Shown: positions 1 through 9,215, counted from the stretch's first letter. The stretch is DNA of 20,000 nucleotides from Actinobacteria bacterium UBA7524 (GCA_002478275.1 DLMY01000059.1:53467-73466), one strand, 5' to 3'. The notes: generated from the letters alone by a model not told the origin. Numbers and translations: made by a program.

Positions 1-565
1 TCTCCTCGGCGGGTGAGGTCACGACCTCCACTGAAGCTGCGGCGGCGTACGTCGCGAGCGTCGCGCGCCATGCGGGGTGGACGGATACGGCGCACAGGAC
101 CTTGCTGCGCTTCGTCACCCTGCAGGCCATGAGCGCTGCCTCGGCGAACGCGGTCGCGCCGTCATACATGCTCGCGTTGGCCACGTCCATGCCGGTCAGC
201 TCGCAGACCATCGACTGGAACTCGTAGATCGCCTGCAGCGTTCCCTGGCTGACTTCGGGCTGGTAGGGCGTGTAGGCGGTGAAGAACTCGGGGCGGCGCG
301 CCACATGGTCCACGACGCTCGGGATGTAGTGGTCGTAGCATCCCGCCCCCGCGAGACACACGAGTCCGGTCGCGGGCGCGTTGTGTCCGGCCAGGCTCGC
401 GAGGTGGCGGGAAAGCTCGATCTCGGTCAGAGGACCCGGCAGCGCGAGCGGTCGTTTCAGGCGCACCGCATCGGGTACGGCATCGAACAGCTCATCGATA
501 GCCGAAACGCCGACAGCGCGAAGCATGGCCTCGCGCTGTTCGCAGGTGATCGGTATGTAGCGCAT
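1..565 (-). CDS. gcvPA: Glycine dehydrogenase (decarboxylating) subunit 1, glycine cleavage P protein alpha; runs off the left edge
   Basis: Not in the ORF track because there is no stop in the window. Translated by hand from ATG at 565: MRYIPITCEQREAMLRAVGVSAIDELF...LAGAGCYDHYIPSVVDHVARRPEFFTAYTPYQPEVSQGTLQAIYEFQSMVCELTGMDVANASMYDGATA. TAYTPYQPE-SQG and ANASMYDGATA are GcvPA hallmarks; it follows gcvT-gcvH. Confidence 0.95.
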   Translation of the reverse strand, partial: MRYIPITCEQREAMLRAVGVSAIDELFDAVPDAVRLKRPLALPGPLTEIELSRHLASLAGHNAPATGLVCLAGAGCYDHYIPSVVDHVARRPEFFTAYTPYQPEVSQGTLQAIYEFQSMVCELTGMDVANASMYDGATAFAEAALMACRVTKRSKVLCAVSVHPAWRATLATYAAAASVEVVTSPAEE

Positions 566-579
566 CCCTACGGGTCGGT

Positions 580-957
580 CTACTCGTTGACGAAGGCTTC
601 GTAGTCCCCGGCAGACATGAGCGCATCGATCTCGCTTGCGTCCGACATCTTCACCTTGATCATCCAGCCGTCGCCGTAGGGATCGGCGTTCACGGTCTCG
701 GGTGTGTCGGAGAGCGCGTCGTTGACTTCGACGATCTCGCCCGAGACAGGCGAATACAACTCGCTCACGGACTTGACCGACTCGATCTCGCCGAAGGTCT
801 CATCGGCGGTGACAGCGTCCCCGGTCGAGGGAAGGTCGACGTAGACGACCTCGCCGAGCTGGTCCTGCGCGAAGTGCGAGATACCGATGACAGCAACGTC
901 ACCCTCGACTCTGACCCATTCATGTTCCTTGTGATAAACCAGGTCGCCTGGATACAT
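580..957 (-). CDS. gcvH: Glycine cleavage system H protein (lipoyl carrier)
   Basis: 125 aa with HEWV, GISHFAQDQLGEVVYVDLP, the lipoyl-lysine motif IESVKSVS and VNADPYGDGW. Confidence 0.97.
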   Translation of the reverse strand: MYPGDLVYHKEHEWVRVEGDVAVIGISHFAQDQLGEVVYVDLPSTGDAVTADETFGEIESVKSVSELYSPVSGEIVEVNDALSDTPETVNADPYGDGWMIKVKMSDASEIDALMSAGDYEAFVNE

Positions 958-974
958 CGCTCCCCGCGCTCCTT

Positions 975-2096
975 TCAGGCCTGTGCCTTCGACAGTGACG
1001 TACTCCTCACGAACGGCGGCCGCGTGACCACCGCCCGGACGGTCTTCTTGCGGACCGCAACCTCGAGCACCGTGCCCGCTTCGCTGAGCGCGACAGGGAC
1101 GTACGAGGTGGCGATGCCCGTCGAGAGAGTCGGCGAGTACGTGCCGCTTGCCACCTTACCCACCTCGACGCCGTCGTGCAATACGCTCATTCCCGGCCTC
1201 GGCACGGCTCCGTCGACCAGCAGGCCGGTCAGGCGCCGCTGCGCACCCGCCTCACGCACGCGCTCGATGGCCTCAGAGCCCACGAACGGCCCCTTGTCGC
1301 GCGCGACCGTCCATCCCAGACCTGCCGAGACCGGATCCACGCCACGGTCCATGTCCTGCCCGTAGAGCGGATACCCCATCTCCAGCCGAAGCGTGTCGCG
1401 CGCGCCCAGGCCGCAGGGAGTCACCTCGGGAAACGACAGCAGCATCCTCCACAGGCCTGCTGCGTGTGCAGCATGGCAGACGATCTCGACGCCGTCTTCG
1501 CCCGTGTAGCCGGTGCGCGCCAGCAGGACCGGCGTCGCATCGAGTCTCGCCTCGGCGATAGTGAAGCGCGCAGGCGGCTCGAAGCCCTCACCCGCGAGCT
1601 CGCCGATGATCTCGAGCGCCCGAGGACCCTGCAACGCAAGCAGCGCCGTGCGGTCGGACTCATCAGCGATCTCGACCTCGGCGGCGTGGACACTTTCCGC
1701 CAGACGCGCCCTCATCCAGTCGAGATCGGTCTCGCGGTTCGACGCGTTGACCACGATCATGTACTCCAGATCACCCGTGTGGTAGACGATCAGGTCGTCG
1801 ATGATCCCGCCGTCCTCGTCGCACATCAGCGTGTACTGCGCCTCGCCGAGGGTCGCGATCAGGCCCAGGTCGTTCGTGAGTAGCGACTGCAGGAAGTCGA
1901 ACGCGCCGAAGCCGAACACACGCACCTGGCCCATGTGACACACGTCGAACAGCCCTGCCGAGGAACGCGTGGCCTTGTGCTCCTCGATGATCCCCTCGTA
2001 CTGCACGGGCATCGCCCATCCCGCGAACGGGACCATCCTGGCTCCCAGTGCGATGTGCTCCTCATACAGCGGCGTCTTGTACAGTTGGTCGCTCAC
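975..2096 (-). CDS. gcvT: Glycine cleavage system aminomethyltransferase T
   Basis: 373 aa with KTPLY..H...GARMVPFAGWAMPVQY, GLFDVCHMG, ARTGYTGEDG.E and GLGARDTLRLEMGYPLYG. Confidence 0.97.
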   Translation of the reverse strand: MSDQLYKTPLYEEHIALGARMVPFAGWAMPVQYEGIIEEHKATRSSAGLFDVCHMGQVRVFGFGAFDFLQSLLTNDLGLIATLGEAQYTLMCDEDGGIIDDLIVYHTGDLEYMIVVNASNRETDLDWMRARLAESVHAAEVEIADESDRTALLALQGPRALEIIGELAGEGFEPPARFTIAEARLDATPVLLARTGYTGEDGVEIVCHAAHAAGLWRMLLSFPEVTPCGLGARDTLRLEMGYPLYGQDMDRGVDPVSAGLGWTVARDKGPFVGSEAIERVREAGAQRRLTGLLVDGAVPRPGMSVLHDGVEVGKVASGTYSPTLSTGIATSYVPVALSEAGTVLEVAVRKKTVRAVVTRPPFVRSTSLSKAQA

Positions 2097-2142
2097 TGGA
2101 CCTTGTCCCTCCCCGGCGCATGGAGCGCCACTCGTCTCGAAC

Positions 2143-3390
2143 TCACGGCAGGACCGGCTCGGCCGTCAGCTGACCGCCCACGACCGATCGCCATGCCCGC
2201 ACCACACCTATCCACGCCCGCTCGAACACACCAGGTCGCGGCACGTCCGTCCCGGCCACGAGCTCGACTTGCGCAAGCATCCTGCTTCCCTGAGTCAGCG
2301 TGAGCGTCCCGATACGATCGCCCTTCGCCACCGGCGCGGCGATCCCCGGATCGAGGGTGACCGACCGCTCGATCTCCCCGTCGAGGTCGAACACCGGGAC
2401 CCGGCTGTCCTTGGCCACGAGAGCCGGGACCGTCACGTCGAGGTAGTCGGTGACGGGAACGGCCCCCAGGGTCTCCTCGGCGGATGCGAGGATCCGGGGA
2501 CGGTAGTGCTCGAAGCCCCAGTCGAGCAACGTGCGGGCCTGATCGAATCGCGTGTTCTCGTTCGAAGCACCCAGCACGACCGCCGTGAGTTCGACGCCGT
2601 TGCGTGTGGCCGTGGCGACCAGGCAGTATCCCGCACGCGAGGTCCATCCGGTCTTCACGCCCGTGGCGCCGATGTACTCCCCTATCAGCAGGTTGGAGTT
2701 CGGCAGCGGCGCCGCTCCGCCATCGCCGTCCAGGTCGATCTGCGTGAGCCCGACGGCGCGCCGGAAGGGGTCTTTGGACATCGCATAGCGGGTCAGTATC
2801 GACAGCTCTGAAGCAGTGGTGTGATGCCCCTGCGCGTCGAGCCCGTGCGGATTGGTGAAGCTCGTGTCAGTAAGACCGAGCTCGGCAGCCTTGGCGTTCA
2901 TCATCTCGACGAAACGATCGGCGGTCCCGCCGACGTGTTCGGCCAGGGCCTGGGCGGCTTCGTTGCCTGACTTCACGAGCATCGCGTCGAGCGCGTCGGA
3001 GACAGTCAGCACGTCGCCGGGTTTCAGTCCGGCGGCCGACTCCCCTATCGCCACCGCCCGTCTCGAGACCGTCAAAGTCTCGTCGAGAGAGGCGTTCTCC
3101 AACACGACCACGGCGGTCATGATCTTGGTCGTGCTCGCCATCGCGCGTTGTTCGTCGGCGGAGCGGGACCACAGCTCACGGCCGTCGGGGGTGACGAGTA
3201 TGCCCGCCCGCATGGCGACGTCCGGTACAACGCTTTCGAGTTCGGGCGACGTTGCGACAGACGCGCCTCCGACCAGGTCGGACGCGAGAACCGTCGCAGA
3301 CGGTGCGATGAAGCTCAGCGCAAGGAGGCCGAGTATGAAGACGCGGAGAAGCCGCTTCTTGAAAGTCGAAGGATCAACGCTTGGCGACAT
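2143..3390 (-). CDS. D-alanyl-D-alanine carboxypeptidase (peptidase S11, PBP5/DacA-like)
   Basis: N-terminal signal peptide; SxxK (ASTTKIMT), SxN (KSGNEAA), NPHGLD and KTG (GVKTGWT); C-terminal PBP5_C-like beta domain (APVAKGDRIG). Confidence 0.93.
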   Translation of the reverse strand: MSPSVDPSTFKKRLLRVFILGLLALSFIAPSATVLASDLVGGASVATSPELESVVPDVAMRAGILVTPDGRELWSRSADEQRAMASTTKIMTAVVVLENASLDETLTVSRRAVAIGESAAGLKPGDVLTVSDALDAMLVKSGNEAAQALAEHVGGTADRFVEMMNAKAAELGLTDTSFTNPHGLDAQGHHTTASELSILTRYAMSKDPFRRAVGLTQIDLDGDGGAAPLPNSNLLIGEYIGATGVKTGWTSRAGYCLVATATRNGVELTAVVLGASNENTRFDQARTLLDWGFEHYRPRILASAEETLGAVPVTDYLDVTVPALVAKDSRVPVFDLDGEIERSVTLDPGIAAPVAKGDRIGTLTLTQGSRMLAQVELVAGTDVPRPGVFERAWIGVVRAWRSVVGGQLTAEPVLP

Positions 3391-3417
3391 GCCACTCTCT
3401 CAACACATGTGCGACAA

Positions 3418-3429
3418 TGGACGCGTCCA
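3418..3429. promoter_or_regulatory. Perfect 12-bp palindrome TGGACGCGTCCA in the divergent carboxypeptidase/pilin intergenic region; possible operator
   Basis: Directly visible; a second 8-bp palindrome CACATGTG lies at 3404-3411. Function is inferred from position only. Confidence 0.3.
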
Positions 3430-3466
3430 GTGAACCACAGTGCCGGGCAGGACACCAGGAGGTTTC

Positions 3467-3805
3467 ATGCGACGGATCTGTGACGACCGGGGTTACACGC
3501 TCGTCGAAATTCTCGCCGTACTGGGCATCATCGGCATCCTGACCAGCATCGCAGTAGGCACCTTCGTCGCATCGACTCAGCGCGCCCAGCGTATCGCCTG
3601 CCAGTCGAACGTCCGCATACTCGACGGATCCATCGAGACCTACCGGGCGGACCATGACGGCCGGGCGCCTGCGACGATCGACGATCTCTCCCCCTACGTG
3701 ACGTCCTTCGACCGCACCTCTCGCTGCCCTGCGGACTCCACGCAATCCCTGCGCTACGTCACCGACCCGCAGCCATCGATCGTCTGCGACTATCATGACC
3801 ACTGA
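3467..3805 (+). CDS. Type IV pilin-like protein (prepilin N-terminal cleavage/methylation domain), 112 aa
   Basis: RBS AGGAGG at 3457-3462, ATG at 3467. Class III signal MRRICDDRG|YTLVEILAVLGIIGILTSIAV with Gly-1, Glu5 and a hydrophobic helix. Confidence 0.9.
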   Translation: MRRICDDRGYTLVEILAVLGIIGILTSIAVGTFVASTQRAQRIACQSNVRILDGSIETYRADHDGRAPATIDDLSPYVTSFDRTSRCPADSTQSLRYVTDPQPSIVCDYHDH

Positions 3806-3874
3806 CACTGCTGACCGACCCCGGCCGGAAGGACCGGCGGCGCTCCTCGTCCGCCAATACGCCAAGGAGATGGT

Positions 3875-4699
3875 ATGAGGTACACGCGTTTCGAGTGGCT
3901 CGTGATCGGTGTCGGAGGAGCAGCCATAGCGGGAAGCACCCTGTTCAGCTTTGGCGCCGCACCGATGATCCAGGAGATCGTCGCACAGTTCCTGCTGTTC
4001 GCAGTGCTGGCTGCAGCGGTGCACTGGGGCCGCAAGGGCGGGTTCTATGCTGCACTGGCCGCCTCGACCATCTACCTCGTGTTGCGGATCCCCCTGGTGC
4101 TCGACGAGCAGACGCTGTATCTGGACGTCGCGGCGCTCCTGGTGCTCCGGGTCCTGAGCTACGGCCTCGTCGGCATCTTGGGTGGCGAGCTTTGCGGCCG
4201 GATCAAGTACGTCTTCGCACGCTTCGAGGACTCCGAGAGCATCGATGAGTGGAGTCATGTCTACAATCAGCGATTCACCCTGCGTGCCTTGGACAACGTC
4301 TTAGGGCAGTACTCCCGCTACGAGACGCCCTTCTCGGTGGTCATCATCAACATCTCCCAGCGCGTTCTCGACGGACTACAGTCTGCCAAGCAGCAGTCGA
4401 TCGTCCGTGGGCTGGCCAACAACCTCCGCAACGATATCCGTCTGGTCGACGAGATCGGCAGACTCGATGACGGCCGGTTCCTCATCGTGTTGCCCCAAAC
4501 ACCCCGGGACGGCGGCAAGGTCGTAGCAGATCGCTTGAAGCAGGGCAGCTGCCGCTTCCTGGGAGCGAAGGACGAATCGATATCGGTGACCGCCCTGGGC
4601 GCCCCCGAAGACCTGGCACGTCTCACGACATTCCGTGACAGTCTCGTCCAGGAGCCGGCCGAGGACTCGCAGGATCAGTCGGAGTCGTCCGGCTCGTAG
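3875..4699 (+). CDS. Membrane protein (about 4 TM) with a C-terminal degenerate GGDEF domain
   Basis: RBS AAGGAG. Hydrophobic N-terminal half, then DEWSHVYNQR (the D.LTGL.NRR start of GGDEF domains), PFSVVII and IRLVDEIGRLDDGRFLIVLP, with DDGRF in place of GGDEF. Confidence 0.8.
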   Translation: MRYTRFEWLVIGVGGAAIAGSTLFSFGAAPMIQEIVAQFLLFAVLAAAVHWGRKGGFYAALAASTIYLVLRIPLVLDEQTLYLDVAALLVLRVLSYGLVGILGGELCGRIKYVFARFEDSESIDEWSHVYNQRFTLRALDNVLGQYSRYETPFSVVIINISQRVLDGLQSAKQQSIVRGLANNLRNDIRLVDEIGRLDDGRFLIVLPQTPRDGGKVVADRLKQGSCRFLGAKDESISVTALGAPEDLARLTTFRDSLVQEPAEDSQDQSESSGS

Positions 4700-5121
4700 A
4701 GCTTCTCGGGCCCGATGACGGACATCCCTGCCGCTTCGAGCACGGCCGGTGCCCGCGCATCGTCGACCTTGAAGATGTCGACGGCCGCCGCCGCTCCGGG
4801 CTCGACGAACGCGTATGCGTACTCGACGTTGACCTGAGCTTCCTTGAGCACCTCAAGCACGTCTGCCAGTCCGCCGGGCCGGTCCGGGATCTCCACTGCG
4901 ATCACGCGTGTGAGCGAAGCACCGAAGCCTGCGTCGTCCAACACCTTCTTGGCCCGATGAGGCCTGTCACAGATGATGCGCACGACACCGAAATCGGCCG
5001 TGTCCGCGACCATCAGCGCACGCAGGTTCACACCGGCATCAGCCAGCGTACGGGTCATCTCCGCAAGATGCCCGGGCTTGTTCTCCAGAAAGACCGAAAG
5101 CTGCTCGATCACGCCTCTCAC
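4675..5121 (-). CDS. Tandem ACT-domain (amino acid-binding) protein
   Basis: IEQLSVFLENKPGHLA...NLRALMVADTADFGVVRII and VIAVEIPDRPGGLA..L..L....VNVEYAYAF, the double-ACT family usually next to paaK. Alternative start is GTG at 5112. Overlaps the convergent GGDEF gene by 25 bp. Confidence 0.92.
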   Translation of the reverse strand: MRGVIEQLSVFLENKPGHLAEMTRTLADAGVNLRALMVADTADFGVVRIICDRPHRAKKVLDDAGFGASLTRVIAVEIPDRPGGLADVLEVLKEAQVNVEYAYAFVEPGAAAAVDIFKVDDARAPAVLEAAGMSVIGPEKLYEPDDSD

Positions 5122-6422
5122 ATCCCCTCTTGCTCGGCACGCATGTCGACGACGCGCTTGGCCTTACCCTCGGAACGCTCGATGGACTTCGGCTCGACGA
5201 GCTTGACGTCGATGGACACGGCGAGCGCGGACTGGATCTCACCGCGCACCCTGCCCTGCAACGCTTCGAGCTCGCGGATCTCGTCGAAATCGGTATCCTG
5301 CGCGACTTCGACGCGCACCTCGACGGTGTCCATGGACCCCCGCTTACCGAGGATGACCTGGTAATGCGGCGCGACGCCCTCGATGCCCGCGAGCACCTGC
5401 TCGATCTGGCTCGGGAAGACGTTGACCCCGCGGATGATGATCATGTCGTCGCTGCGGCCCGTGATGCGTTCCATGCGGCGGAACGTGCGTCCACACGGAC
5501 ACTCGCCCGGGATGATCCGCGATATGTCGCGTGTCCGGTAGCGGATCACCGGGATGCCCTCTTTCGAGATGGTGGTGAACACGACCTCACCATACTCACC
5601 ATCGGGAACCGGCTGGAGCGTCTCGGAATCGACGATCTCGATCAGGAAGTGGTCCTCGTTGACGTGCAGGCCGTTCTGCTCGGAGCACTCGGAAGCCACG
5701 CCGGGACCGAGCACCTCGCTCAGGCCGTAGATGTCGATCGCCTTGACGGCGAGCTTGGCTTCGATCTGGCGGCGCATGTTCTCGCTCCACGGCTCGGCTC
5801 CGAAGACGCCCGCCTTCAGAGCGAGACCCTTCACGTCGATGCCCATCTCCTCGGCGGTCTCCGCGATGAGCAGCGCGTAACTCGGTGTGCATGCCAGGAT
5901 GGTGGTCCCGAAGTCCTTGAGCACCTGGACCTGGCGCTTGGTGTTGCCTCCCGAGATGGGGACGGTGAGCGCGCCGAGCCGCTCCGAACCGTAGTGCACG
6001 CCCAGTCCGCCCGTGAACAGACCGTAGCCGTAGGTCACCTGGACGATGTCGTCGGCGGTGCCGCCGGCACACGCCAGGGTGCGTGCCATCATGTCGGCCC
6101 ACATGTCGATGTCGTTGCGCGTGTAGCCGACGACCGTGATCTGCCCCGTCGTGCCGGACGACGAATGCACACGCACGATCTCACTCAGCGGTGCGGCGAA
6201 CATCCCATAAGGGTACGCGGAGCGCAGGTCGTCTTTGAGGGTGAACGGGAACGCGGCCAGGTCCTCGATACTTCGCAACTCCGGCGTCACGCCGGCGCCG
6301 TCGAAAGATGCGCGATAGAACGCCACGTTGTCGTAGACCCTGCGAAGGGTGGTGTTCAACCGCTCGACTTGCAGCTGCTGAAGCCCCTCGCGATCCATCG
6401 CCTCGAACTGCGGCTGGTACAC
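5118..6422 (-). CDS. paaK: Phenylacetate--CoA ligase family protein
   Basis: 434 aa with the AMP-binding loop HSSSGTTG, YGYGLFTGGLG, GAEPWSE, DIYGLSE, RYRTRD, GRSDDMIIIRGVNVFPSQIE and EGKAKRVVD. The actual substrate is unproven. Confidence 0.92.
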   Translation of the reverse strand: MYQPQFEAMDREGLQQLQVERLNTTLRRVYDNVAFYRASFDGAGVTPELRSIEDLAAFPFTLKDDLRSAYPYGMFAAPLSEIVRVHSSSGTTGQITVVGYTRNDIDMWADMMARTLACAGGTADDIVQVTYGYGLFTGGLGVHYGSERLGALTVPISGGNTKRQVQVLKDFGTTILACTPSYALLIAETAEEMGIDVKGLALKAGVFGAEPWSENMRRQIEAKLAVKAIDIYGLSEVLGPGVASECSEQNGLHVNEDHFLIEIVDSETLQPVPDGEYGEVVFTTISKEGIPVIRYRTRDISRIIPGECPCGRTFRRMERITGRSDDMIIIRGVNVFPSQIEQVLAGIEGVAPHYQVILGKRGSMDTVEVRVEVAQDTDFDEIRELEALQGRVRGEIQSALAVSIDVKLVEPKSIERSEGKAKRVVDMRAEQEGM

Positions 6423-6449
6423 GGCTCGCTCCCCTCTCCCCTTGCCTTC

Positions 6450-8420
6450 TTACTGAACCGTCGCGGTCGGTTCTGTGGAGGGTACCACCTTGGTCCCCAC
6501 GCGGACGACCTGTTCTTTGGGACGATACACCGACTTGAACGAGTCTTCACGCACCAGGACCCCGTTCTTGCGCACGAAGCGCTTCACGACGATCGTGCGG
6601 CCGTCGATACCGCTGTCTTCGATGTGACGCATCCCGACCTCGAGCTCCGGGTCCTGGACCTCCTTGACCGGATGCGCCCTCACATCGGTCCACGGTCCGG
6701 CCTCCGCCGTGACTTCGTATCCGGGGTCGGTGCCGTACAGGCTCACTGTCACCGAGGAGTTCGAGTACGCCGTCGCGATCAGTATCCAGTGCTCGGTGTC
6801 GTTCTTGAACTTGAAGTCAGGGCCACCCCACGACAGCGTCGCGTCACGTCCCTTGGGGTAGCTCGAGATGTAGAACGAGTGGTTCTTGCGCTCGACGATG
6901 GGCAGTCCGGATTCGAACACCGTGTTGAAGATGGTGGTGCCGAACTGACAGATACCCCCGCCGAGCTGAGGCACCAGCTTCCCGTTGACGATGGCGGGCG
7001 CCTCCTGATAACCCTTCTCGGCGGTGCGCGGCCCCACGGTCTCGTTGAACGAGAACGTCGCGCCGGGCGCCACGAGCGTACCGTCGATCGCATCAGCCAG
7101 CGTGTGGATGTTGCTCACCCGGGGCCTGTTGCCCGGGTCGTACTTGGTCGAATACGTCGAGATACGCTCGACGATCCCCATGTTCTCGGCGTCCGCGGTG
7201 GTGATCTCCGGCTCGACCCTGTGGGTCCGCAGCTCGACGACGCGCTCTCCGCCAGATGTCAGCACCCGCGTCATCTCAAGCGCAAGCGCGTCGATGTCAG
7301 GCCCCACGCCATCTTGCGACGGGACGATCGTCACGCTACCGCCGCCGACTTTGAACGTCGCGTTCACCGCAGGTCGTCCAGCCGTCCCGACCTTGGGCAT
7401 CACCGTTTCGGAAGCCTTCTCCGCATCGATGTACGCCTCAAGGACCTTACGCTCCGTAGCGAACCCTCCGGACGCAGGCGCAGAGCTGCTCGCATCCGTT
7501 CCGGATGCGTCGACGGCGGCGTCCGGGGTCCCCGTCGCACCGTCCGCGGGAACCGCGCGAAACGCGATCCACGGCGCGATCTGCACCGCGGAGAACTCCC
7601 ACGTCTTGTCCTCGTACGTGACGGTCACGGGACCGGAGAGCATCGCTTGCGCCTGGGTCAACGCATCGGCGGCATCATCATCAGTCACGCTCACGGGGAC
7701 GAACTCGACCCTGACCTCGACCTGTCGCCGAGGAGACACGAACGCCCGCTACATGTCACGCTCCAGCACGTCCGTACGCGCCGCGAGGCCGACGACCGCC
7801 GGCTGCAGACTCGCCTCCGTGCCCTCGATGACGACCGCAGCGTCCTGAGGAGCCCTGTCGGTGACCTCTCTGACACGTCCGAAGAACACCTCGGTCGATG
7901 TCTCCTCGGCAGATACCGGCGCCCTCTGATCGATGCGCCCGACCCAGGCCGATGCGCGCTGGGTGACACGCGACATGAAGTCCCCGGAACGTCCGACGCC
8001 GTATGCACGGGCCGCCGCCGAATCGCTGTCCACCTCCACGCCGAGGAGACCCGCCGTCGCCTCCCAGCTCTCTTGCTCGAACACGACCTTGACGGGGTCC
8101 TGGATGCGCTCGCCGAGTTCTTCGGAGATCCGCGAGGCTGCGGCCTCGAGGCGCAGACCGCCAACGGACACCCCGTCGACCTTCACGCCGGGGTGCACTC
8201 GTCCGGCGCTGAACACCAGGTCGACGCCGGTGAACACCAGCACCAGGGCCAGGACGGCCGAGGGGATGGCGATCGACAGCTGCTGCCAGAGCGGCAGTCC
8301 GCGAAATGCCGCCCACTTGCCCCTCGCGCCGCGAGAGCGGGCACGCTCGGCGCGGGCACGGCGACCGGATTCGACCAGCGTTCTCCCATCGATCTCTTGT
8401 GTGATCTCGGTTTCCTCCAC
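6450..8420 (-). pseudogene. VanW-family cell-wall protein (TM anchor, putative peptidoglycan-binding repeats, VanW domain, G5 domain), 656 codons interrupted by one in-frame TAG at 7749-7751
   Basis: ORFs 7749..8420 and 6450..7739 share one frame: GAC ATG TAG CGG GCG TTC GTG = D M * R A F V. The N-half has a TM helix then GRVHPGVKVDGVSVGGL. The C-half has VanW motifs FSFNETVGPRT..KGY..AP, GGGICQFGTTIFN, ERKNHS..I..YP.GRDAT and DFKFKNDT, plus a G5-like end (YRPKEQVVRVGTK). Pseudogene versus readthrough is unresolved. Confidence 0.8.
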
Positions 8421-8423
8421 GCG

Positions 8424-9215
8424 TCAGTTCTCCTCCACGGGACGGCCTGCCTCGAACACCGGCTCGGGCGCCGCCGCAACGGTCAACTCGTCTCGTCTCT
8501 CAACAACCACGGTCACGCCCGGAAATGTCGACAGCGTACTCTTCAGCCCCCCGGGCAACGTGAGCGATTGCTCGAGGTTGTCCGGATTGCCTATCGCGAC
8601 CACTTTGAACTCCCGAGCAAGAACCGTTCCGTCGACTCGTATGGTACCGTCGCCACCGGAGAACCCGGTAAGCGCATCGACCCGCATGCCGTTGACGCTC
8701 ACGGCTTCAGCGCCGCCGGCGCGCAGCTCGTTGACGAGCGCGACGAAGTCCTGTGGCAGCAGTACGCGCTCATCGTCGACAAGCGTGACGTGGATGCCGG
8801 GACCCTTCACCAGTTCAAAACCGGCGATCGCGCGCAGGGCCTGGAGCTCTTTGGCCGCTTCGTTGAGCAACTGACTGCGGTCGGAGGTCTCGCGCTCGGC
8901 TTCGATGATCCGTGTCTGCAACCGCATGATCTCGGAACGCAACGCCGTGTTCTCGCTGGTGAGCTCCTGGATGATGATCGCCAGGTTCTGGTCGGTCTGA
9001 CGTTCGGGAGATTTGGCGAGTACAGCGTTTCCACGCCACTGGGCGACCAGCATGAAGCCGGCCAGCATGAGGGCTGCCGCCAGGGTGGCCATCAGGCGCG
9101 CATTCTGGAAACCGCGCTCGACGACACGCTCCCCTGCCGCGATGTGCCGCAGCGAGACGTCCTTGAGATGTGTGAGCTTCTCGCGGGTACGCGAGGGTTT
9201 GGACTGCTGCATCAT
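8424..9215 (-). CDS. DUF881 (YlxW/YlxX-like) membrane-anchored coiled-coil protein, 263 aa
   Basis: Start corrected to ATG at 9215 (ATGA overlap with the sbp stop). TM helix, coiled coil, then AGF..VKGPGI.VTL.D, LVNELRAGGAEAVSVNG.RV and AIGNP..L. Confidence 0.9.
   Translation of the reverse strand: MMQQSKPSRTREKLTHLKDVSLRHIAAGERVVERGFQNARLMATLAAALMLAGFMLVAQWRGNAVLAKSPERQTDQNLAIIIQELTSENTALRSEIMRLQTRIIEAERETSDRSQLLNEAAKELQALRAIAGFELVKGPGIHVTLVDDERVLLPQDFVALVNELRAGGAEAVSVNGMRVDALTGFSGGDGTIRVDGTVLAREFKVVAIGNPDNLEQSLTLPGGLKSTLSTFPGVTVVVERRDELTVAAAPEPVFEAGRPVEEN

Noticed and set aside
2097..2142. Glycine riboswitch expected upstream of gcvT
   Set aside because: The gap is only 46 bp, with a 5-bp hairpin and no aptamer motifs; gcvT may be co-transcribed with the carboxypeptidase.
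3806..3874. Overlapping GC hairpins between the pilin and GGDEF genes as a riboswitch or terminator
   Set aside because: The stems are only 5-7 bp in very GC-rich sequence, with no U tract and no known aptamer motif.
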